Positions 12,676-58,515 of a stretch of DNA of 64,000 nt are shown piece after piece. The first letter of the stretch is position 1; the number at the start of each line of letters is the position of its first letter. The stretch covers positions 52,244 through 116,243 of the forward strand of contig JAQGDQ010000666.1 of assembly GCA_030141605.1 (NCBI GenBank), given 5' to 3'. The notes under the pieces were generated by a model. That model was not told the DNA's origin. It did not search any database and saw only the letters and a list, made by a program, of their open reading frames with translations. The stretch is from Tubiluchus corallicola (taxonomy: Eukaryota; Animalia; Priapulida). The translations under genes were made by a program, and so were the position numbers.

Positions 12676-13569
12676 CTTTACGATGCCCTAGGCTGATAGT
12701 TCTGTCCAGCCCATTTCTATTGTGAATTTATGGTTGTTTATGTAATGAGCAGATTAAGCAATTACTTGTGGTGTATTAGAAACACTGTTAATATGTGGTC
12801 ATTATCAATTACTTGTATATATTATGTTGAAGCAGGCTGCGGAACTGCTCGTTGTGTAACACCTTGCATCTGTTATCTAAAAGCTGAACACAGTAACTGC
12901 TTGTGGTGTGTTGTAAGATGCGCCCTTTACAGGAATATCAAAGTATGCATGCATTTTGAGGAGAATTTCTAAATTGTGATGCCATTGAAACTTTAGCGCC
13001 GTAGGCTATAGCTAGTAGCCTATTGGTTAATACGCCCCTGAGGATAAAATTCAACATATTGCATGCAGGCGCATGCGCAGCAAACTACTTTTACTTTTCA
13101 GACGGTTCCAATAGTTGAGCTCGTTTTATTGCTTGCTGCATTGTAATAATTACTGCAGTGATTCAGGCAAATAAACCCCAGGTAACCTGCTTTAGCTGTT
13201 TCTTCCGTGACTTCAACAGATAGATCGCAAGCGGCGTTTAGCCCCACCCACTTTGATGACGTAACACACGTAATCACAAACGTTCACCTGCTGCAAGTCG
13301 CTACAGTATGTGAGCACGCGTAAAAAACACGGAGCGTGGGTGTATGTTGTGATTCATCGGCGATTCCAGAAAATGTATCATTGGGATACAAACCAAATCA
13401 TAATTATTTGCAAAAGTTTAAGACCAAAGTGATTTTTTCATAAAAATTGACAAAACCATCGTTTAACACGGTTCCATCTAAAAACTATTCATTTATTCTT
13501 CTAAAAAAATATACTACAGCATAGTTTGTATATTTTTATCCAAAAATAGTCACAGTCCTTGAACATTTT

Positions 13570-14032
13570 GGAACTTAGAACGTAAGTTGCCAATCAGTGC
13601 CTTCAGTCTAAGAGGCATACTGGAAATTAGGTTTTGGCAGTACTCGGAAGTAATTTCTTCAACCCAAACGTCCTTGATAACTCTTCGCAAGACTTCAGCA
13701 CTTGATGGCTGCCTATCTGCCACCTTATCCTTCAGTATCTCCCAGAGATTCTTTATCGGATTGAGGTCCGGGCTGTTTCCAGGCCATTCAAGTATGGCGA
13801 TGTTCTTCTCCCTGAGGAAATTGGTGGTCACCTTCCATCTGTGACAAGGAGCTCCGTCTTGCATGAAGACTGAACACTTATAAACGCTCATATGCAACTC
13901 TAGTTTTTCCTGAAGCAGTTCGACGCGTACCTAGGACCATTCATAGTGGTATTGGGTGGGTGGAAGAAATAGATGCAGCTGTCCCAGAACAGGACATGGC
14001 ACCCCAGATCATCTGACTTGGAGGGTGTTTCA
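13570..14032 (-). pseudogene. Tc1-family DDE transposase C-terminal fragment
   Basis: FMQDGAPCH...WPGNSPDLNPIKNLW...NLISSMPLRL; upstream frameshifted KHP..MIWGAMS and TTMNGPRY. Confidence 0.85.
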
Positions 14033-14444
14033 TGTATAAGAACTTGTCTAACAAATCCTTACAAAGAGGAGCTAATTACTATACGCAAGGATATGTGCAC
14101 GATGTCAAGATTTATTGAGAAGTTTCAAACAAAGCTGCAATAAAAACGCTAGTTATAATAGAAGTTACAACAAAGCGCTAAAAATAACAAATATGAAACG
14201 GTCTGTTAACTTTGCTTTACATGTTGTGCTGTAAACAACATTTTTATAAAGCTTTTTACTTGCAAAAAACAAGGTCTGTGAGTAAGGCACAGGCACCAAC
14301 AATCGAAAATCAAATAGAGGGCCTCGTTGGCTATTGCACGGTGATAGCACTGCAAACCACTGTCAGTTTTGTAATATTAATATTTTGTATCATTATTGTA
14401 ATACTGTGCTAAATGGATAAATGGTAATTGATGACTACAAGACA

Positions 14445-14835
14445 GTACAGTACAATACAATGCAATGCAATGCAAAGTAACGCAACACAACGCAACGAAA
14501 TTCAATGCAATGTAATGCAATTCAATACAGTGCAATGCAATACAATAAAATGCAATGCAACACAATACAATACAACACAATACGCAATACAATGCAACGC
14601 AACGAAATTCAATGCCATGCAATGCAATTCAATATAAGGCAATGCAATGCAACGCAATACAATACAATACAATACAATACAATACAATACAATACAATAC
14701 AATACAATACAATACAATACAATACAATATAATACAATGCAATACAATACAATATAATACAATGCAATACAATACAATATAATACAATGCAATACAATAC
14801 AATATAATTCAATACAATACAATACAATATAATAA
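14445..14835. repeat. (CAATA/CAATG)n pentanucleotide satellite
   Basis: Directly visible. Confidence 0.95.
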
Positions 14836-17020
14836 AATACAGTATACAGAGACGATAAACCTAAACGCTTGGTTTAGTATCTTCATATATTTTTCATAAA
14901 ACAATACATTTAAAGAAAAAGAAATTTGTTGTTTTAAGAATGTCTGTTTATGAATATATTTGTTGTATCTATATGAATAAATCTCTATATAATCTAAATA
15001 AATAAACGTATATTCTATTAACCATTCGTATTGTAATTACTCCATTAATTGCATTAAACAGCCACTCTGTGCAGCTTTAACGAAATAATGGCAATCATCA
15101 TGTATAGAAAAAGTGAACAAAGCGTCGCTTTGCTGAGAGACACCAACCTGACAGTTTGGCCTTTGCTAATAGGTGATCCTGTACCTGCTGCACACCCTCT
15201 TGTTCTGAAATGGTTTAGCCCGTTACTTATAAGTGTACAACTGCATAAAAATGTAAATTTACTTATCTGGACTAACTGACTTTCTAAAGGACCCTTTTCA
15301 TTAAAGATCTTGCTGCTAAATTTTAGTAAAATAGGGCTTAAATTTGTGTAGTTTTTAAGATTATTGATTGTAACGCTTTGTGGACTTTTGGAGATTTAAT
15401 AATTTAGCATATTAGCTGCATGTTTATGTTACTACAGACAGGAAACTTGCTTCACCAATAATCTTAATTTTAGCACTCACTTTAATACTTCTTGTTAACT
15501 GTTACACACGCAAATTAAAAAAGCTTATTAAAGAATGCTTAACATGTAATATTGTAAGATTCACTCTAGTGTCTATGTAAAATTGTTTAATGTTTGTACA
15601 GAAATTTTTGCATGCAAAAGGAGACTAATAAAGACTTATCATCATCATTTCGCAGCTCCTAGTTTTTAAACTAGCTTTTGGCGTGAAATTTCTGGCTGTT
15701 TTTAGGTCAGGACACAAAAGCTGTAACCTAGAATTAATCGAAATTTCAAACCAAAGACCTAGCTCATATAAACTAGGAGGTACGATAGTGTAATACAGCC
15801 TATGAGCGGATTATGTCAATTGCACCATATTTTTATAAAGCGTAAAACAAGATTGCTAGGTTGAACCAATTGGTGAAAACATTTAAATAATAATTTTCTT
15901 TTCTAGTTACCTAAGCCTTTCAAGCAGGTAAGTGGAATGCTAAGTAATATAACACTTTGAATGTAAAGTTATTTTTTGGACATAGTTTAAGATTTTCTTT
16001 TTTACCCCTGATTTACGTTGTGCGTATATGACGTCATATGATGGCGCAGTCAGAACAGTATTGCAGGAGATTTAAAATAAAAGCTAACAAAAATATCCTT
16101 TCAATGCGAGTACGATATACGCATAAAACGGCTACAATGTGACATAATTTAAGCCGATTTTTCTGAAACGTTCTTCAGGCATCTCTTTTTTGTCCTTGAG
16201 TTCTAGGTGCCTACATATCTGCACAACACACATTACCTAGTTTGCTTTGTGCGAAGCGTTGTATATGCAGAACTAGCTCCCCCTTTACCTTCAAATTTCC
16301 CTATTAGATGTGCCACCTCCCCTTTGCCTGTAAACTTACTTATTATAGACGTACCACCTGCCCGTTTACCTGTAAATTTACCTATTAGATGGGGTCACGT
16401 CCCTCCTCTACCTGTAAATTTAGGTATTAGATGGGTCGCTTTAGTGTTTTTGCTATTTTCGTCCCTAATAGTAGCCAAGTGTCTATCCAGAGAGAATTAA
16501 CCTCCAATGTGTAAATGCTTTTTTTACTTTAGTGTCCCAGAACAGCGGGCCAAATGTGAAATTTTATAAAGTTGTCCAAAACGCTGTCAGAATGGCCCAA
16601 GGTGTCATTCCTGAAAGTTGCTTCTAAGTGTACTGTGTACTTCAAAGTGCACAGTGCCTGCCTATAGTAAATAAATAACTGAAATTCAAGAAGATTTTGC
16701 TATTGCAGTTTGTTAATTATTGCAGCTCAGAAGACTCATAAAAGCATTTTACACAAAACTAGAGTAGCTTTTAAAGTTTTAATGCTTTGTCAGTTATTAT
16801 ATTTTCATTTATTATTTATGCACGACATTTTACGTGGTTGAAACAGTTACCGGGGTGACTCTTACCATGTGTCGTGCGTAGCGTAGCCGTAAGGAATAGG
16901 CAAAGCAAGAAACCCACAGCAAAGATAGTGCGCATTGACTAACACTTTTTTTTGGATATCTAACAGTATAATTTTATAGGAGAAGACTGAAATTTACCCG
17001 AGGTTTTTAAAATAATTATT

Positions 17021-24038
<7,018 letters not shown>

Positions 24039-24211
24039 CGGCTCAACTGTCGACGATTTTCAAAATCATTAGAGGAGATTTCCTTTTCGTGATGGTTGTT
24101 TATGTTGTAAATATTTTGGTAATTTATTTTTTTTTATAACTTGCCGAGTTTGTTTTGGTTCAGTAGCGTTTACCAAGGCCTATCTAAGTAAGTAAACAAT
24201 TTTCATGTCAC

Positions 24212-24501
24212 TAGGGGTGAGCATCGAACATTCGAGTTTGAACGAATTTTTTTAGTTCGAGTTCGATTCGAACGTAAAATTAATAGATTCGAATAATTCA
24301 GCACTCTTTATTACTTCTTTATTACTAAAACGTTTGAAACGTTGTGCAATTTGCACAATTTGACTATGATAAACAAAAAATCGAGCAATATGCATAATCT
24401 TTTTAAGATCACTTTTTACTGGTGGTTTGAAAACTTGTTCAAAAATCTTTCAAACTCAATTCGATTCGAATTTGCTTTGTGGTAGAGAATGCTCATCCCT
24501 A
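24212..24501. mobile_element. TAGGG-terminated MITE
   Basis: TAGGGGTGAGCAT ... ATGCTCATCCCTA; same family as 12262-12675. Confidence 0.8.
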
Positions 24502-25109
24502 GTCATTATAGCATATTACATACGATGAAATTTATGTGGTTTTACGTATACTCGCATGTCGGTTTGCCGGACAAAAGCGGGTGGGACGCCGGTCCGAATT
24601 TGCCGATTGTCCATATTTACCGATACTAAGATAATACAGTAGGTGCCGTGTATTAGTCTCATGGTAATGTAGAATCAATCGCTTAATTCGCTCAAAAATG
24701 TCTAGTATGAGCCGCTTCTATGCAAAAGTATGTAAAAACCGTCGGCAATTGACGCAAATAACTCCACATAATTGAGCTTTTGCTATTTTTATGTCGTCTT
24801 ACTTCGCCTTAGTACGCGGGACTTTTTAGCTGACCAGATTTTGTCCGATTCTTCCGATGTGTGTAAAAGCGAGGTCTGGCAAACTGAGATATGAGTGTTC
24901 TAGAGTAACTTATGGAACTAGCAAGGAGATAACATGTGCTGTCGTATGAGGTGATACCGCGTTCATTACAAAACTCGTTCAATTGCTTTAGTGGGGTGGG
25001 TGTTCACGGATACGGATACGGATACGGCAACCTAATATACTTGTAGTGGGACTGGAACCAAGTGCATTTTACCGAGGTGGCACAGGTTTTTTAGCTATGT
25101 TCATTTGTA

Positions 25110-25277
25110 CAGGGTGTTCACAAAGAAACTGTGCACTAACAGATACTGTAACCAATACTACACCAAACACAATACAACAAGTAATTGTACATAGTTCCCT
25201 ATTGTATGACTTGACATTCGTGATTTGGTCAACATATCAGTACATTTCTACTGCGCTGTTTGTTTTGAAGCACCCTG
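25110..25277. mobile_element. Small Tc1/mariner-type MITE
   Basis: TA|CAGGGTGTTCA ... TGAAGCACCCTG|TA. Confidence 0.6.
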
Positions 25278-25287
25278 TATACATATA

Positions 25288-25626
25288 CAGTCAACCCTGG
25301 TTAAACCGGACTAATTGGGGGGTGGTCTGGTTTAGCCGATTGTCCGATTTATCCGATATGCCTGTATATGGTCTATATTATACAGGAATAATCACCTTAA
25401 TAAGGCCTATATACATTGCACTATATACATTGCACTATATACTATACTGTATATTACTTAAAAATAGTTAACCTGTGAGGATAAAGAAATTATTGTACAG
25501 TTGGTAGGCCGTGTTGTGTTTAGCGCTCCGGCTCGGAAGGAAACCGGTCAGTTTCCTTTACCACGGATGATGTCCATCTTATCCGATATCCGGGCTAACG
25601 GGGTCCGGTTTAACGAGGGTCGACTG
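25288..25626. mobile_element. pogo/Tigger-like MITE
   Basis: TA|CAGTCAACCCTGGTTAAACCGGAC ... GTCCGGTTTAACGAGGGTCGACTG|TA. Confidence 0.75.
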
Positions 25627-26154
25627 TATTTCCCCTAAGTGAAAGTCCCCGAAGCCTGTATGCTTAGCGGCAGCTTACGCCGAGATTGAAAGTTTAAAAC
25701 TTTGTAAATCGACATTAAAATTAACTAATATGTAATCTTAGTGTCGGTCGTTTAAACAATTATCAGTGTATAATATTTATAAGTGTATATGAATGGGATT
25801 TAGAATATTTATTATGTAATAAACTGGTTTTTAAAGTGTAATAAAAGCATGTTTAATGAGTAACAATATAGAGTTTATTTTTACTCCATATTTTGCTTTT
25901 GGTACAGCAAATTTACACTAGATCAGTACAAAATTGTTGCATAATAATTGATAATTTTCTTCATGGCAAAAACAGTTACCCGTAGATGTACTAACATGGC
26001 ACGACGACGGCAACAATGCTGACAATAATCACACAACCGCCAATACTGTTCACGACGATGATGGCGACAAAGGTAACAATGCTGACAATAATCACACAAC
26101 CGCCAGTACTGTTCACAACGTTGATGGCAACGAAGGTAACAATGCTGACAATAA

Positions 26155-53633
<27,479 letters not shown>

Positions 53634-53971
53634 CTGCGGAACAGATAAATGTTACGTTACTCCAAACACATTCTAAATGGTACCTAGTACATGAATCGAT
53701 CTGCGTGTAAAAGGTAATGATGATACTCTTGGATTTTTATCATTATAATATTAGCTTAACATTATTGCATTTATATTTTGTTACGATTTTGCATGAATTT
53801 TTGTTTTACGTACTTTTAATACGTTCATAAAATGCATGTTTACTTGTTTTTGAGTATACCGAGTTATTACTAAAATTTCTAAAATTCTAGTTACATGCAA
53901 ATTATGCTATATTAGCACGCTAGTACAATTCATTTCTTTATTATTTCTTTTTCTGCTCATTTAGAATGTGA

Positions 53972-55117
53972 AATTTTGTTTTTAGCGTTTTTCTTTTATG
54001 TTATACAGATGTAAACAAGTAGATAATTCAATATTTCATTATTTTTGATTGGTTATCGTCTGCACTGCATGCAAAATATTTATAAAAAACTGAGTTGGAG
54101 TTGCTGATACGATAACGCATGTTCTTCGCCACCCCTTCCCATTTGATTGGCTGTTATAATTATGCTACTAAGCTTTAATCGATGTTGTGTGTGGGGAAAA
54201 AGAATAAATGATTTGATTTGATTTTGATTTGGACCTGTACTGTTTCAATTTGCTGCTGCAAAAACCTCCCGCAAACTGCAAAACTGTAAAAAAAGTTCAG
54301 CGACAGACAAAAATGTCCTACGCGTAAATCTACTTTACTGCCATCTGTTGCGGTAAAGAAAGAAAAGAGCATAGGCAGATGTTTTGGATATAAGCACGTG
54401 GTGCCGCCTTGTGTTTGTTTATCAAAACATCATGATAGTACATCATGACGTTTTATGACAAAATTTTGTCAGTCGAGTTTTTTTAGCAAGTTAGTAGGAT
54501 GCGGCAAAGATGTAAGTTTGATTTCTTCATATTTCATAATATTATTATACATTTTCATTATAGCAGTTAATTATCTTTTTGACATTGGATTAGCAGAAAA
54601 TGTTTTTATTTGCTTCAGAAAAAACGAAGTCGAGTCGCACATAATATGTCAGTCAATCAGTCAGTCAGTCAGTCAGTCAGTCAGTCAGTCAGTCAGTCAG
54701 TCAGTCAGTCAGTCAGTCAGTCAGTCAGTCAGTCAAATATGTCATGATGTGATAGTGATTTTGGGATGAGACGATGACTGCCCATTTTGGACAATAAAAA
54801 ATCATAACTTACATCTAAAAGACTGTTAGACTTGTATTTAGCGCATGTCGCGCACAGCAGAGCTGATAAAGGAGGAACTAGAAAAGTAGTCACTCTACGG
54901 AGCAGATTTTCAAATTTTTCAACAATGGAGTCTTTACAGAATCAACCTGCACCACTCGTTTTTAAATGAGCGGGCATTTATGCGATTCATTTATCAAGGT
55001 TGACTGACTGAACTGTCGCGAAGTTCGCCTTAATTACTTCGAGTTGATTAACTTGACTTTTAAATATTACATTGTGTCTTCTTGCTCATCTCTTCATCTC
55101 ATTCCCTCCTCCCTTTT
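53972..55117 (+). repeat. Left arm of a long inverted repeat (dispersed element with internal (CAGT)n)
   Basis: Reverse complement of 62901-64000 apart from a few substitutions and microsatellite length; outer boundary cannot be fixed in this window. Confidence 0.95.
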
Positions 55118-55246
55118 AGTCTATTGTTATTGGCTTAAATCAAAATAACTATTAACAGATCAAGTAACTGTCAGTTTTAAAATTTTATTAATTTTAAAGG
55201 CAGAAAATATTCTCGTATCCCACGGGATACAACGGGTATGAAAGGG
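55113..55246. mobile_element. Terminal ~135 bp of the piggyBac-like MITE, cut off at the inverted-repeat arm
   Basis: Matches 29032-29156 and ends AAAGGG|TTAA. Confidence 0.8.
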
Positions 55247-56290
55247 TTAAACAAGCAAACAGAAATTTCTAGTTCAACAGGTTCAACATTAATTAACTTT
55301 AACTTTCCAAAAAATAAGAAAAACAACGTAGTAAGTAGGTGCATCTTTGCCTCCTTGTCTGGCTCAGACCATTAAGGACTCGCAATTTACATTTTTCACG
55401 GTGTAAATCTTAAAATTTAATCCAGCTCAAGTTTCTAGAGGAATTTTTAACCAACAAATTCTTCACACCTGTACAGTCAGGTAAGTCACGTACCTTGGGT
55501 CATGTGACATTCAACCTGCTGAAGCAAGACGTATTTCAAAGCAGCTCAAAGAGATGGAGCCACGATATGAAGAATTTGTTTTACCTTACTTATCTTACCG
55601 TTGCATACTGTAGGGAATTTTGCCAAGTATCTCGTTGGTCACGTGACCACGGGCACTCACCTGTGCAGATCTGTTTCTACCTGGGCAAGTGAGCTAGCTG
55701 GTAGACGTTAACAGGCTTCTTTAAAAGTAGTTTTTTATAGTATGATAGAGGCGTGATTTGTTAGATATATTGGTAAATACTAGATTTGCTTTATGGAGAC
55801 GTACGATGTAAGTAAATACATCATTTTGTATCATTTTGATTGAACGGATCACCTTGAACATTTTAGTTTAATTAATGACAATCTTATAATTCGATAGAAC
55901 GTGGTATAAATTAGTAAAATTACCAAATTAGGTTTACTTAATGTTTGTGTTTAGTAAAGTCTAGAACTACAGAATTGAATGCAAATATGTAAAATGGCCT
56001 TTTTTATTTATTTATTTTTCAATAGAAATGACGTATAAAACGCTACAATATTTTGTTGGAATATGGCAGACATTGATTGTAGTACAAATACTTTATTGAT
56101 TAGAAATTAAAAACTTTTTCTCCCTATTGCTCAGTATCATAAAATTTGTGAATTATTTGAATTAAAAACTCATTCAAATTAAATTCGTTTGTCCGTTACT
56201 CCGTCTCTCCACATTATAAATACAAAAGCATGCAAACTATGCGATTAAAATTTGCTGCTTTGTGCATAACGTATTTTCTTTTAATTTCAG

Positions 56291-56465
56291 CTGCACTCGT
56301 AACCTTGTTGATCGCGCTGACAACAGTGGCTCCCTCTTGTTGCAAATTGTCGTTCTTCCCGATCTTGCTGAGTGCATACAGTGCCACCTTGCGCAAAACT
56401 GATCAACTACTGATGCGATTGATGCGGCTCTACGAGAAGGCAGGTTGCCATCTTCGCGATTACCT
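56291..56465 (+). CDS. URB1: URB1 exon lying on the strand opposite to the rest of the gene
   Basis: TTTCAG| ALVTLLIALTTVAPSCCKLSFFPILLSAYSATLRKTDQLLMRLMRLYEKAGCHLRDY+CT |GTAAGT; resembles the URB1 LL.AY.ATL...DQ..L.LL..YE segment; CT+A gives Leu in frame with exon 53633-53471. Confidence 0.88.
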
Positions 56466-56492
56466 GTAAGTTTATTTCGTCCGTTTTTTAGC

Positions 56493-57300
56493 TCTTCTTC
56501 TTCTTCGCTGAATCACACGTCCAGGGACACGATTCTGCTCACCTCCCTATGCCGAGACTCCCTACATGCCGCAATGCCCCAAATGCATTTATTTCTAAGG
56601 ATCAATGCTGAAGTGTTTAAATCTTTCTGTGCAAAATCTAAATATGTTAACATTTGTCCCCCTGCAGGTTTTTTAGCAGGTTCTATGGCTTGTTGAAGAG
56701 CTATCTTTACTGGATTATCATCATCATCATCATCACCATCATTGTCATCATCATCATCCAATGAATCACACGTCCAGTGACATGATTCTGTTCACCTCCC
56801 GATGCCAGATCATCATCATCATCATCCAATGAATCATACATTCAGGGACATGATTCTGCTCACCTCCCTATGCCAAGACTCCCTACATGCCGCAATGCCC
56901 CAAATGCATTTATTTCTAAGGATCAATGCTGAAGTGTTTAAATCTTTCTGTGCAAAATCCAAATATGTTAACATTTGTCCTCCTGCAGGTTGGTTTTTTT
57001 AGCTGCTTCTATGGCTTTTTGAAGAGCTATCTTCACTGGATTATCATCACGTAGTCAAAGCATATGCACAATCCATCTTAAACGGCATCTTTTTATTTTT
57101 CTTGTCCAAGGTTGTTCTTTTATTTTTTCGTATAGACCTTTGTTTGAAATTTTCTTTGGCCATCTAATACCCAAAAATGTTTCTGTAATTTCGAATTTGA
57201 AACGAATCAATTTCAGCTTTATGATTTGCTTTTAATGTCCAGAGCTCAGAGTTATACAGAAATACAGTTTCAACTAAGGCTGATTTTTTAGCTCTACGAT
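56493..57300 (-). mobile_element. RTE-like LINE 3' fragment with tandemly repeated 3' ends
   Basis: LVETVFLYNSELWTL..EIDSFQ..WPKKISN..RLRW; 56510-56720 duplicated at 56830-57048; (GAT)n/(GAA)n tails. Confidence 0.75.
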
Positions 57301-57975
57301 TCCTGTACTGGTAAGTCAATATGGGAAATCTTCTATTGACTTTTGAGATGCTTGTCATATTGCTAAGCAATTATGATGCAGAGAAGCCTTGAATTCTAGA
57401 TAAATTTTGCACTAACTATAAAAGTTTTACTATTTTTGTTTATTTAGCCTAAAAATCATAATGCATTAAAACATACATTAAATACGTTAACTCCTTCGGC
57501 ACCCGTAAGGTAACAAATTTAATTTTATTCTTGTTTTTTTACGTTCTCTTGTCATTTGTTGTTATTTTCTGTACTGACCGTACCTCATGAGTACCAATCA
57601 AGTACGAACAAAATACAAAAAACACCAATCTAACCTTTATAGAGTCTAGCACTGCTCTCCTGCCTCTACTATCAAACAGTTAAATAAAAATTACACATTT
57701 TTTCCAGTGGCGTAGCCAGGTTCTGTAGTTAGAGGGAGCAAGTACAGAGAGAGAAAAAACCACTGTGACCTGTACCAAACAATTTTTAACATATTGATTA
57801 TACACTTTAATTTTGTGTTTTATCAAAATGTGGGAAAGATAAAGTTTTAATCGGAAAGTACATTATTGTTTTTTTTTTGCATTTAAAACGCAATAAAAAG
57901 TTTTACACGAAGCTCAAAAATCTCAATACATAAACACATAGGTTATTTAATCATTTTAATTTTATACATAAAATG

Positions 57976-58496
57976 CAGGGATGAGAATTTTCCGCGGATA
58001 CGCGGAGTTCCGAGTTATTGGAAGACCAGTAGTGCCATTTTTGTAAATCGCGTAAATTCGTTGAGAAAATTTTTACGGACCCTGTACATTGTTTCACAAG
58101 CTGACCGCTAGGTGGCAGGTCGTCACTTTGTTTACATCACGTACATCAGTGTAACCACATGTATATCTCTATGTATAAAAATATAGAATCAATTGTGTGG
58201 AGTTATTTGAGTCAATTGCAGACAGTTTTTATATACTTTTGCATAGGAGCGGCCAGTACTTAGGCATTTTTGATACAATTAGGTATCATGTATCCTTGAT
58301 AGTTGGGTATTTTAAATTATGCATGAAACAAGGCAATTGATATTTTAAGTCCACTTAGAGGCTCTCTATGGTTACAAAATTGCAATTTGTTGCTGACTCC
58401 AATGGGACTTTGCCCATCAACCCCATTGGGGGCCTAAGTGGCCCCAAAACTCCCAGCCTGTTTCAGAGTTTTTACAATTTGTCATTCTCATCCCTG
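57976..58496 (+). mobile_element. CAGGGATGAGAA-TIR MITE with 6-bp TSD
   Basis: AAAATG|CAGGGATGAGAAT ... ATTCTCATCCCTG|AAAATG. Confidence 0.88.
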
Positions 58497-58515
58497 AAAA
58501 TGATTGCAAAATGAT

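Noticed and set aside
14377-14827. Cys/Tyr-rich and Gln/Asn-rich ORFs
   Set aside because: Translation of the (CAATA)n satellite
54175-54769. Duplicated ORFs mirrored at 63269-63797
   Set aside because: Chance ORFs in the inverted repeat arms, one running through (CAGT)n
55426-55480. Possible second plus-strand URB1 exon (CCAG| LKFLEEFLTNKFFTPVQS |GTAAGT, phase-compatible with 56291)
   Set aside because: Weak acceptor and no recognisable similarity to the expected upstream URB1 segment; needs RNA evidence
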